From contig CAIMIV010000040.1 of NCBI GenBank assembly GCA_903841185.1, forward strand, positions 1 to 42,757: a stretch of 42,757 nucleotides of DNA. The letters run 5' to 3'. The stretch is from an uncultured bacterium (GTDB taxonomy: Bacteria; Patescibacteriota; Minisyncoccia; Moranbacterales; UBA2206). Below the pieces are notes generated by a model, which made no database searches, was not told the origin of the DNA, and worked only from the letters and a program-made list of their open reading frames with translations. Each line of letters begins with the position of its first letter. Position 1 is the first letter of the stretch. Of this stretch, positions 17,862 to 26,179 are shown in pieces. Position numbers and translations under genes: made by a program.

Positions 17862-18863
17862 ATGAATTTTTTTAAAAAAAAACTGAATAATTTGTCGGGG
17901 TTGAAAAAGAATCGCGTGGTGCGGGAATTGCCCAAGTCGTATGCTGGCAGGAGTGTTATCGTCAGTAAGAAAAAAGTTAACAACGTTAGCAAGGTCAATT
18001 CTTTTTACGTTAGGCTGGTCACATGGCTATTGGGCTTGATTTTTTTTGGGACTACAATTTATAGTCTTTTCTTTTCCCAGCTGCTGGCGGTAACCGCCAT
18101 AGATATTCGAGGAGCGCACAATTTATCGGCAAAAGAGTTGTCTGACACCGTGACCGCTGAACTAGCGGGCAAAATAAGCAGTGTCATCCGGAGCGATAAT
18201 TTGCTGATGGTAGATGCATCACAAATAGAGACCGTTTTACGCGACAAATATAAGATAATTAAGCAGGTGCAAATTACGAAACAATTTCCGGACAAATTAA
18301 TTGTCACCTTGCAAGAGCGAAAATCCCAATTAGTGTATTGCGTGGGCGGAGGATGTTTTGTGATTGATGAAGAAGGTCGGGCGTATGCGCCGGCTGATTT
18401 TGAGCAGGGTCAGTTGGGAGAAAAAGATTTACTGACGTTGCGGGATGACAGTGGTAAAGAAATTGTGCTGGATGATTTTTGGATGGATTTAGGATTTATG
18501 CAATTTGTGTTGGACGTCGAAAGCCAATTGCAGATGGAAGATATTCCCATCAAAAAAGAGTTTTCCACGCCGATCCTCATTTCGGGGGATGTGCGCGTAG
18601 AAACAGTGGCGGGTTGGAAAATATATTTTAACAAAAATTTAGGAGTGAAAGCTGGCATGGAGATGCTAAAAACGGTTTTGAAAAACAGCATTCCGGAGGG
18701 GCAAATTAAAGACTTGGAATATATCGATGTGCGTTTGGCAGATAAGGTATATTATAAACTGAAGACCAATAATGCAGTTGAAAACAGTGGTGCAATTGTC
18801 CCAGTGCCAGTAGAAAACATCCCCACAAATACAGTAAAGAAAGATGATAAAAAGAAAAAATAG
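17862..18863 (+). CDS. FtsQ/DivIB-like POTRA-domain cell division protein
   Basis: Basic cytoplasmic N-terminus, one TM helix, KQFPDKLIVTLQER (end of POTRA) and LEYIDVR...KVYYK. Confidence 0.8.
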   Translation: MNFFKKKLNNLSGLKKNRVVRELPKSYAGRSVIVSKKKVNNVSKVNSFYVRLVTWLLGLIFFGTTIYSLFFSQLLAVTAIDIRGAHNLSAKELSDTVTAELAGKISSVIRSDNLLMVDASQIETVLRDKYKIIKQVQITKQFPDKLIVTLQERKSQLVYCVGGGCFVIDEEGRAYAPADFEQGQLGEKDLLTLRDDSGKEIVLDDFWMDLGFMQFVLDVESQLQMEDIPIKKEFSTPILISGDVRVETVAGWKIYFNKNLGVKAGMEMLKTVLKNSIPEGQIKDLEYIDVRLADKVYYKLKTNNAVENSGAIVPVPVENIPTNTVKKDDKKKK

Positions 18864-18875
18864 TTCGATGAAAAT

Positions 18876-18910
18876 AAAAAAATCATCCCATGTAACGGGA
18901 TGATTTTTTT
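18876..18910. terminator. Bidirectional intrinsic terminator
   Basis: AAAAAAATCATCCC-ATGTAAC-GGGATGATTTTTTT between convergent genes. Confidence 0.75.
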
Positions 18911-18917
18911 AGTGTGG

Positions 18918-20723
18918 CTAATTTATTTCACTAGGCGTCAAATGATAGATGAGAATGGAAGTGCCCACTTGATAGAGAGGATCTTTGTCACGCAGCCAGC
19001 GATAGGACTCGGCGTCGCTTTTTCTTTGGTCATAGATGCCTTCCTGCAAAAACAACGTGGAGATGGCATACCAGCCTGGTTCAATGGGACGTTTGGCGGC
19101 CCACCACCTTTCATAACGGCCGCCGATATAATAATCTAGGTCCGCCATGCCAAAATAATCTACTTTAATTTTAGCTATTTCCGGATGGGCAGTCAAAAAT
19201 AGTTGTAATCTTTTCAGATCTTGACCCCAATCCGCGTTGGAATCGGTAGCGAAGTGGTAGCCTTGCATCGGTCCGCCAGCCAGGCTGTTGAAATAGGAAG
19301 TGTAGCTAGGATAAGCCATGATGGTTTGAAAAATAAGAATGCCCAAGAGGATAGAAAGGGCAAGGTAGCTGAGGCGTTTAGCGTGATGGTGCCTTTTGCG
19401 GATGAAACGAAAGAGACCCACACTGAGCAAAATATACATAAAAGGAAAAATCGGCAACAGGTGACGCAGGCCGATATTGAGCCGGCCGGTGATGCTGGTG
19501 AAGGCGTAGAGAGCGATGAAAGTGAGCATAGAGAATTCAATCACGCGGGTGCGCAGATAATGTGCCAGGTGATGGCCGATTTTTTTCGGCTCGCTAATGA
19601 CAGATTTCGCCATGGCCAGAAGAGTGATAGCCAAAGAAAAAAACAGGAGAAAAATAGTGGGCAAAGGTTCTTTGATGAGGAAAATAATGGGAAAATAAGA
19701 GAGAAAGCCTTGGACGCTGATTTCGCCCAGGAAATAGGTAATATTGCCGCCACCGACTCTTTGAAAAACGCGGGCGACACCGAAAACATAATCCGCCATC
19801 GGCATGAGTGCGGGATAGTGGTTGATGCTCAAAATGACTGCGCGGGTGTAGATGGTCAGAGCGCGAGTATCACCAGGTTTCATATAATGATCCAGTATTT
19901 CCGGTAATTTTGTTTGGGGCTGATCATAGGTGTTGAGATAATAGGCAACATAAACAACAACGAAGGAAATTAGAAAAACTGCGGCGCCTTTCCAGAGGTA
20001 TTCACCTAAAATTTTTAGTTTGCTTTTTTTATGGCCAAGTTTGATGAGCGGGTAGAGAATAATAAGCAGTCCAAAGACAGGAAAGGTGAGGACGGCGGAA
20101 AATTTGGCCAGTTGCACGAGTCCGAGGAAGAGTCCGGCGAGCAGCATATTTTTGCGGGTGGGTTCTTTGATGAAGCGCAGAAAATAGTAGAAGGCGAAAG
20201 TAATAAAGGCGGCGATGCCCACGTCAGTGGTGACAAAGTGATTGTGACCCAAGATGTTGGGATCAAAAGCATAGAGAACGAGGGCAAAAAGTCCGGCACC
20301 GAGACCGGCCAGTTCGCGCGTCCATTTGAAAATAAACAGCCCAAGGAGAAGAGAAAGTAGGATGATCGGCAGGCGCGACCAAAAAATGATTTGATCGGGA
20401 TTGTTGCCGGAAGCAAAGAGAAAATTCTTCCCCGCGTTCCACTGGCTAGCATCGGCATCATCCTTGGTCCAAAAATCAGCCTCGGCGTCAAACTTGGGGT
20501 GCAAGAAAAGCAGAGGAAAAGCGGCCAGGTCTTTGAGGAGCGGCGGATGCTCCGGATTGAGGCGCATATCATGTTGCGTCAAATAGGAATAGCCGGCGGG
20601 AATGTGCGCCGCCTCGTCATAAATCAAGGAATCATTCTTAGCGTTCAATAGCGACACGCTCAACATAAAAATTAGAATGAGGAGGATGAGGCTGCGATAA
20701 TTTTTTTCGAGAAATTTTTGCAT
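18918..20723 (-). CDS. GT-C fold membrane glycosyltransferase (ArnT/PMT-like, GT39/83)
   Basis: YDEAAHIPAG, NPEHPPLLK and DSNADWGQDL motifs with many TM helices. The track's GTG start at 20741 lies within a repeat arm, so ATG 20723 is preferred. Confidence 0.85.
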   Translation of the reverse strand: MQKFLEKNYRSLILLILIFMLSVSLLNAKNDSLIYDEAAHIPAGYSYLTQHDMRLNPEHPPLLKDLAAFPLLFLHPKFDAEADFWTKDDADASQWNAGKNFLFASGNNPDQIIFWSRLPIILLSLLLGLFIFKWTRELAGLGAGLFALVLYAFDPNILGHNHFVTTDVGIAAFITFAFYYFLRFIKEPTRKNMLLAGLFLGLVQLAKFSAVLTFPVFGLLIILYPLIKLGHKKSKLKILGEYLWKGAAVFLISFVVVYVAYYLNTYDQPQTKLPEILDHYMKPGDTRALTIYTRAVILSINHYPALMPMADYVFGVARVFQRVGGGNITYFLGEISVQGFLSYFPIIFLIKEPLPTIFLLFFSLAITLLAMAKSVISEPKKIGHHLAHYLRTRVIEFSMLTFIALYAFTSITGRLNIGLRHLLPIFPFMYILLSVGLFRFIRKRHHHAKRLSYLALSILLGILIFQTIMAYPSYTSYFNSLAGGPMQGYHFATDSNADWGQDLKRLQLFLTAHPEIAKIKVDYFGMADLDYYIGGRYERWWAAKRPIEPGWYAISTLFLQEGIYDQRKSDAESYRWLRDKDPLYQVGTSILIYHLTPSEIN

Positions 20724-20732
20724 AATTTTTTT

Positions 20733-20863
20733 ATCCCGCACTAACTTTTCACAGGCGCTGGCGCCATAGTAATCAGTTTTTGTGCATAGAGTTTAATGTA
20801 TTAAAATTTAATGCTGTTAATTTGCAAATTTGCGTATGTAAAGGTGAAAAGTTAGTGCGGGAT
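20733..20863. repeat. CCCGCACTAACTTT-family foldback element, copy 2
   Basis: Perfect 20-bp terminal IR ATCCCGCACTAACTTTTCAC / GTGAAAAGTTAGTGCGGGAT. Fills the intergenic gap. Confidence 0.85.
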
Positions 20864-22423
20864 TTATTTTAAAACATAATAAACACTGCCCAAGGTACCA
20901 GTGACTTCGGTGAGGGTTAGGTTGGGAAATCTTTGCTGGAGTTCATTCATGGCGTCGCGATTATTTTCCGTAAAGAAAATCATGAAATCAGTGGTAGTGG
21001 GTTGTAATTTTTGCAGTTCATTGGGATAGAAAAAGGACGCTGTGTGCGCGTGAGTGAGGACATCAACGGGTGCCTTTTCAATGGTGTTATAGCTCGTGAT
21101 AACAAATTTTTCCTGTTCTCTGGGAAGAGTGTTGATGTATTTAGCCATGTCCGTGATGTTTTTGTTGAAAGAGAGACCGACCTTTTCTTTCTGAGCCCAA
21201 AAATAGTTGTATTTAATGGCATTGAAGATGCCACTGGAAAGAAGCATAGTTATGACAATGCTAAGGACGATTTTTTGATAGAACTTAGAACTTTCCTTGG
21301 ATTTTTCTAGTAAATAACCGAAAACTAAAGAGGCAATAATCATAACTGCCGGCAAAGTGCCGATGGAACGCAGGGCGTGGGGCAGGCTTTCAGCAGTCAT
21401 GAACTCCGGAATAAGCATGACGAAAAACCAAGCCATCAGAAGCGCATGAATATTGAGATCCGTATCACGCTCTTTATTTTTTAGCCGATGAATAAATAAA
21501 GAAACTAGTTTGGTCAGGGAATAGAAAAAGCCGAAAATAAAACCGATGCCTACCAGCGGGTCAAGCACGGGATAGGGCGGATAGTTGTGGCGCCAGTTTT
21601 GGTCGCCATAAAAATTATATTTAATCAAACTTAGGGAAAAGCTTCGGAAAAAGGTTTCCACGAGATGGCCTTGGTTGACAGTGGGCGATAGAATGGAAAT
21701 GGAATCGGAGCGCGATTCAAAATATTCCGGATGAGCATAGAAGGTGTAGAGCATTGGTGCGGCGGCAAGAAACATAGTGGCCACAAAAACCAAAATATGT
21801 TTCCAATAATCTCTAAGAAAATATTTTTTAGAGAGAATAAGAGAACCAAGTAGAATGATGAGGATGAGCGGAGCAATACGAAAAGCGATATAGGTGTGTA
21901 TTCCCGCTCCAAAAATAAAACCTCCCCAGGCAAAGTCACGGAACTTTTTTGTTCGGATAGCGCGGAACATAAAATAGAAAGTAAACACCAAAATACAGGG
22001 CAAGAGATTGGCGCGAAAAGCGATGCGGCTGAAGTTGATCGCCCAAAAAGAAGTGGCATAGAGAAAACTGGCAATGAGAGCTAGGTTTTCTTTTTGAAAA
22101 AGTTCTTTGGTCAGGAGATAGGTGCCAAAGATAGTCAGAGTGCCAAAAATAATAGCGGGCAGTTTAAGCGTGAGAACGCTGATACCAAGAAATTTGAAGG
22201 AGAGAGCGATAAGATTCATGAAGAGTCCCTCGCGGCCTTGATTAGCCGGATAAAACCATTGATAAGCGCCGGTCTCGTTGGCGCGAATAGCATCTTGGCC
22301 ATTGACCGCTTCGTCAGGATAGACGCCGGGCGGGGTGTTATCAATATTATAAAAACGGAGGAAAAATCCTAGTGCAAGAATGAGGAAGAGCGTAGAATAG
22401 GCGATGATTTTTTTATTTTTCAT
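20864..22423 (-). CDS. GT-C fold membrane glycosyltransferase (ArnT/PMT-like)
   Basis: LRFYNI...PPGVYPDEA, NQGREGLF, INFSRIAFR and PHALRSIG motifs with many TM helices. Confidence 0.85.
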   Translation of the reverse strand: MKNKKIIAYSTLFLILALGFFLRFYNIDNTPPGVYPDEAVNGQDAIRANETGAYQWFYPANQGREGLFMNLIALSFKFLGISVLTLKLPAIIFGTLTIFGTYLLTKELFQKENLALIASFLYATSFWAINFSRIAFRANLLPCILVFTFYFMFRAIRTKKFRDFAWGGFIFGAGIHTYIAFRIAPLILIILLGSLILSKKYFLRDYWKHILVFVATMFLAAAPMLYTFYAHPEYFESRSDSISILSPTVNQGHLVETFFRSFSLSLIKYNFYGDQNWRHNYPPYPVLDPLVGIGFIFGFFYSLTKLVSLFIHRLKNKERDTDLNIHALLMAWFFVMLIPEFMTAESLPHALRSIGTLPAVMIIASLVFGYLLEKSKESSKFYQKIVLSIVITMLLSSGIFNAIKYNYFWAQKEKVGLSFNKNITDMAKYINTLPREQEKFVITSYNTIEKAPVDVLTHAHTASFFYPNELQKLQPTTTDFMIFFTENNRDAMNELQQRFPNLTLTEVTGTLGSVYYVLK

Positions 22424-22501
22424 ATTTATTTAGTGGAATTTATTTTTCCTTAGTAATGTAATTGAATAATAGCATATTTATGACACATGAAAAAGATGGC
22501 A

Positions 22502-22546
22502 AAAGTTATCCACAGTCTTTTGATAAACGCGGGAGTGTGGTATAGT
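22502..22546 (+). promoter_or_regulatory. DnaA box followed by an extended -10 promoter
   Basis: TTATCCACA (22506-22514) and TGTGG-TATAGT (hexamer 22541-22546). Confidence 0.55.
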
Positions 22547-22572
22547 TGAGAAGGTAAATAAAGTCAATTCAT

Positions 22573-25362
22573 ATGTCATTAGAAAATACAATATCTAAAA
22601 CTCTGGCAGAAAAAAATGCTGAAGAAATGGCTACATACTTCGGTAAGGATGAATACGGTGTCAAATATTATAATAAGGAGGATAAGGAAATTAGCGATGA
22701 TCCCAAAACGCTTACAGAAAAAAATGCGGAAGGGATAAAAAAATATTTTGCTGAAGGAGAATATGGCGTAAAGCATTATGATAAAGATGACAAGGAAATT
22801 GTGGATAAGATTGAAGTGGAAAGTGATGAAGATATGAATGCCAGAGAATTGGATAATCTCAAGCGAGAAGTGGCGGAGGCGAGAAAAAAATATGCCACAG
22901 TGGATTATGAGGAGGATAAGAAAATGGGCATGCTGAGGCGTATTTTAGGATTAAAGGGGAAAAATCTGGATACGGACACGCGTAGAAATGCCCATAATGA
23001 CTATAGAATACGACTAACGGAACTTTCTGATTATGAGGTGAACAAATTAAGAGAGAGTGGCATGAAGGATGAGGAATTGACGGCTGAGATGGAAGGATTG
23101 GTGAAATATTTCGACACGGATGAAAAAACTAATCTCTATGAAGCGCGCACTAACGCCAGGACGAAAGCTTGGGAGGGAAAAATGGGTGGCAAGGTGATGG
23201 AAAAAGCGGGTGATTTTGTGAATTGGTATCGCAAGCAAAATGTGTGGGCCAAGGGAGCAGTGGGTATGGCTTTGACTGCCAGTGGACTGGGTGTGGCGGC
23301 TCTGGGGATGCGGGCGGTGGGCGGAGCGGCTACGGGTGTGGGAATTGCGGCTTCCTTGGAGGCCAGACATCGCATGCAGGAAAAAAATAAAACAGAAGCG
23401 CAAAGAAAGGAATTTACCGCTCAACTAAAAGGAAAGGAATCGGAAGCTAAACTGAATGTCTTGATGGGAAAATTGACCGCGGAGATCGACTCCTATAAAG
23501 GAAGCTTACAAAATGAAAAGAAACAAGCGCTGAAAAGAAAAATGATTGGGGCAGGCGTGGGTATTTTTATTGGCTCCGGGGCAATGGGAAAACTATTGGG
23601 CGGAGGCTTGCATATGATTGCGGAAACAGATACTTTTAAAGAAGTTTCTCAATATGTGGCCAGTTCAGAAATTGTGAAAACCACCGCTTCTTTTTGGAAA
23701 GAAAAATTAGGTAGCATGTTTGCATCTGGCGGAATACATCATGCGGCAACTTTGAATAATATGCCAGGTGGCGAAGCGGTGCATGCGACAAATTTTGATA
23801 ATCTTTCAAATAGTGAGGCAGCCCACACGGCAACTTTGAATAATCTTCCTGCTGATGATTTTGCCGCAGCGCTAAAAGCAGAATCCGCCGCCGCTCATTT
23901 TGATGCGGATCCTATCATGAAAACTGTCGAGAATCATGAGGTCGGAGCGGGGAAAATTTTGGATATGCACATGGATGATAGCACCGGACATTTGGGTGTG
24001 AGTCCAAATGGTATGCAGGAAATGGCTGAAAATAAAGCGACTGGAAGCACTTTCGATGATCCGGTTTGGCGAAATGCCACCTATGCCCATCCGGCCGCTG
24101 AAAGTGGAAACATCCTGGATATGCATATGAATAGCGAAGGACATCTAGATATTAAGCCGGATGATATAGCGGGTATTGGCAACGTTGATCTAGAGGTGAC
24201 TAAAGGTAGTAGTTTAGAAGGCACACTGATTAAGCATTTCAAAGATGCCGGCATGGATGTGCAGGAAGCTGGGGCTAAGGCTCATCAAGTGGCACTAGCT
24301 TATGCCAAGGAGAATCAATTGGACGGTGGTCCGCAAAGCCTGATTCATCCAGGGGCGCATATTGAGGTGAATGCGGAAGGAAAAATTTTGAGTATTAGTG
24401 GCGATAATAAATTAGGCTATCTACACCCTCATCAAGTTGAGGTGCCGCCTGCATCGCCTGTCGAAGTCGTTCCAGAACCTGTGGCCGCTATGCCCGATGC
24501 TCCAGCGAATCCAATAGAGGCTCCAGCGCAAGCAGTTCCTGTGACGCCGGAGACTCCAATAGCAGCAACACCTTCAGAAGCTCCAGTCAGCTCTATGGGA
24601 TATGATCATGACAGTGGCTTGAATGAGGATCATGGTCAAGCAGTGGCTTCGGGAGCAGCGGAGATTCATAATGCAGCAGTGCATGAAACTGCAACAGGCT
24701 CTATGGGGCATGATTATGATAGTGGTTTGAATGATGCGCCCAAGGCAGCTTCGATAACGCCTGAGGCTCCAGGAGTGGTGCCTCATGAGGCGCCTGTGGC
24801 AGAACATGTCATCGCACCGCATGAAGCAGTGGCGCCTGTTGAAAGCCCATATGGCTATGAAAACTTTTCGCAAGATTTGGACAGATCCGCACAAGAATTG
24901 GCGCAATCCAAGGCGGCTATTTTTTCTCAATACTCAGGAGAGATAGTGAATGAGAAAGATATTTATGATCGGATTAACCAATTGCAGGAAAAAATAACCC
25001 AAATGAATGCTGGCGGTAATGGGGGTATTCTTGAGATTTCTCCCTTAACGATGGCGGAACAACAGCAGTTGGATATGTTAAATAACTACAAGGAGGGGTT
25101 TCACAAAACCTATGTGAAGATGATGGGAGCATTTCTAGATATAAAGGATGGTTCCAATATTGATAGTTTGCGTTCGAATGCCAATCAATATTTAGCTGAA
25201 CATCAATCGGAGCGGGCGGCCAAAATTTTTGAAAATTTGAAGAAGATAATCAGTCCCGAGCAAATGCAACAATACAATCTCGATCCGCAACCCAGCGATA
25301 GCGTACTTGATTGGTCCGCTCGCGTGGCTAAGTTTATGTTGAAAAATAAGCTGGAAAAATAG
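22573..25362 (+). CDS. Large membrane-associated protein: charged helical N-terminus, Gly-rich hydrophobic segments, internal repeats, divergent LysM-like domain, Pro/Ala/Glu-rich linker
   Basis: 929 aa. EKNAE..YF...EYGVK.Y.K.DKEI x2, ATLNN-like x3, G.ILDMHM x2, SMG.D.DSGLN x2. VTKGSSLEG...N.L.G..SLIHPGAHIEV resembles LysM. Confidence 0.75.
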   Translation: MSLENTISKTLAEKNAEEMATYFGKDEYGVKYYNKEDKEISDDPKTLTEKNAEGIKKYFAEGEYGVKHYDKDDKEIVDKIEVESDEDMNARELDNLKREVAEARKKYATVDYEEDKKMGMLRRILGLKGKNLDTDTRRNAHNDYRIRLTELSDYEVNKLRESGMKDEELTAEMEGLVKYFDTDEKTNLYEARTNARTKAWEGKMGGKVMEKAGDFVNWYRKQNVWAKGAVGMALTASGLGVAALGMRAVGGAATGVGIAASLEARHRMQEKNKTEAQRKEFTAQLKGKESEAKLNVLMGKLTAEIDSYKGSLQNEKKQALKRKMIGAGVGIFIGSGAMGKLLGGGLHMIAETDTFKEVSQYVASSEIVKTTASFWKEKLGSMFASGGIHHAATLNNMPGGEAVHATNFDNLSNSEAAHTATLNNLPADDFAAALKAESAAAHFDADPIMKTVENHEVGAGKILDMHMDDSTGHLGVSPNGMQEMAENKATGSTFDDPVWRNATYAHPAAESGNILDMHMNSEGHLDIKPDDIAGIGNVDLEVTKGSSLEGTLIKHFKDAGMDVQEAGAKAHQVALAYAKENQLDGGPQSLIHPGAHIEVNAEGKILSISGDNKLGYLHPHQVEVPPASPVEVVPEPVAAMPDAPANPIEAPAQAVPVTPETPIAATPSEAPVSSMGYDHDSGLNEDHGQAVASGAAEIHNAAVHETATGSMGHDYDSGLNDAPKAASITPEAPGVVPHEAPVAEHVIAPHEAVAPVESPYGYENFSQDLDRSAQELAQSKAAIFSQYSGEIVNEKDIYDRINQLQEKITQMNAGGNGGILEISPLTMAEQQQLDMLNNYKEGFHKTYVKMMGAFLDIKDGSNIDSLRSNANQYLAEHQSERAAKIFENLKKIISPEQMQQYNLDPQPSDSVLDWSARVAKFMLKNKLEK

Positions 25363-25386
25363 CACTAAGCAATAATAAAAAACTAT

Positions 25387-25692
25387 ATGGAAATGCAAAA
25401 TAATAATGAATTGAGAGTCCAGCTGATTTCCGACTTGGGATTGGAAAATCTGCCCATGGAAAAACAAGAGGCTTTGCTAATGCGAATGATGGAAGTGGTG
25501 TTGAAGCGAATTTTTGTGGAAACCATGGCTAAATTAAATGAGCGGGAAAAGGAGGAATATACGGCGATGATTGAAAAGAATATGACGCCGGAGGAAGTAG
25601 AATCTTATGTTCGAGAAAAAATTCCTAAGTATGAGGAAATGGTGCTGGAAATAACCAAGCAATTTCGAGAAGAAATGATAGGCGCAGAATAA
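25387..25692 (+). CDS. Small acidic helical hypothetical protein (DUF5663-like from memory)
   Basis: 101 aa, LGLENLP.EKQE...VLKRI...IPKYEEMV pattern, co-oriented in the operon. Confidence 0.7.
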   Translation: MEMQNNNELRVQLISDLGLENLPMEKQEALLMRMMEVVLKRIFVETMAKLNEREKEEYTAMIEKNMTPEEVESYVREKIPKYEEMVLEITKQFREEMIGAE

Positions 25693-25711
25693 TTAGTTAA
25701 ACAACAAGCAT

Positions 25712-26149
25712 ATGCCACTAGAACCCATAGAAGAAAAGGATCTTAATTTGGAAAATAAGTTTATTGAAAAAAAAGCAACGGATGCTCCTCCGGTAAAAGA
25801 AAGTCTCTTGGAAGGTGTTCCGGTTCCAGAGGGCGTTGTTGAGAGAAAAGAGGGTGCTGTGGAAAAGGATGACGCGTATGCCAAGATTGTTTCCAAGATA
25901 CAATCTCCCTCTCCGCAAACGACCGCGGCGGACGTGACTCAGGATGCGGATCAAGCCGGAAAATTGATGGATGCTCAATCACGCATCAACAATCTGGTGG
26001 ATGTGGCCATGCAAAAAGGAGTGTTGCATGCTGTGAAGGTCGCGAAACATCTGGATGACAACTATATTCTGGATGAATTTCATGATCGATTGGTGGCAGA
26101 TGAGTTGCATGATGCTCTAATGGAAAAAGGCCTAATCAAGGATATGTAG
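25712..26149 (+). CDS. Hypothetical protein upstream of the coupling-protein-like ATPase
   Basis: 145 aa. Disordered acidic N-terminus and a C-terminal KGVLHAVKVA...YILDEFHD motif. Confidence 0.75.
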   Translation: MPLEPIEEKDLNLENKFIEKKATDAPPVKESLLEGVPVPEGVVERKEGAVEKDDAYAKIVSKIQSPSPQTTAADVTQDADQAGKLMDAQSRINNLVDVAMQKGVLHAVKVAKHLDDNYILDEFHDRLVADELHDALMEKGLIKDM

Positions 26150-26179
26150 TAGCTGTTATTAATATAAACAAAAAAAGCC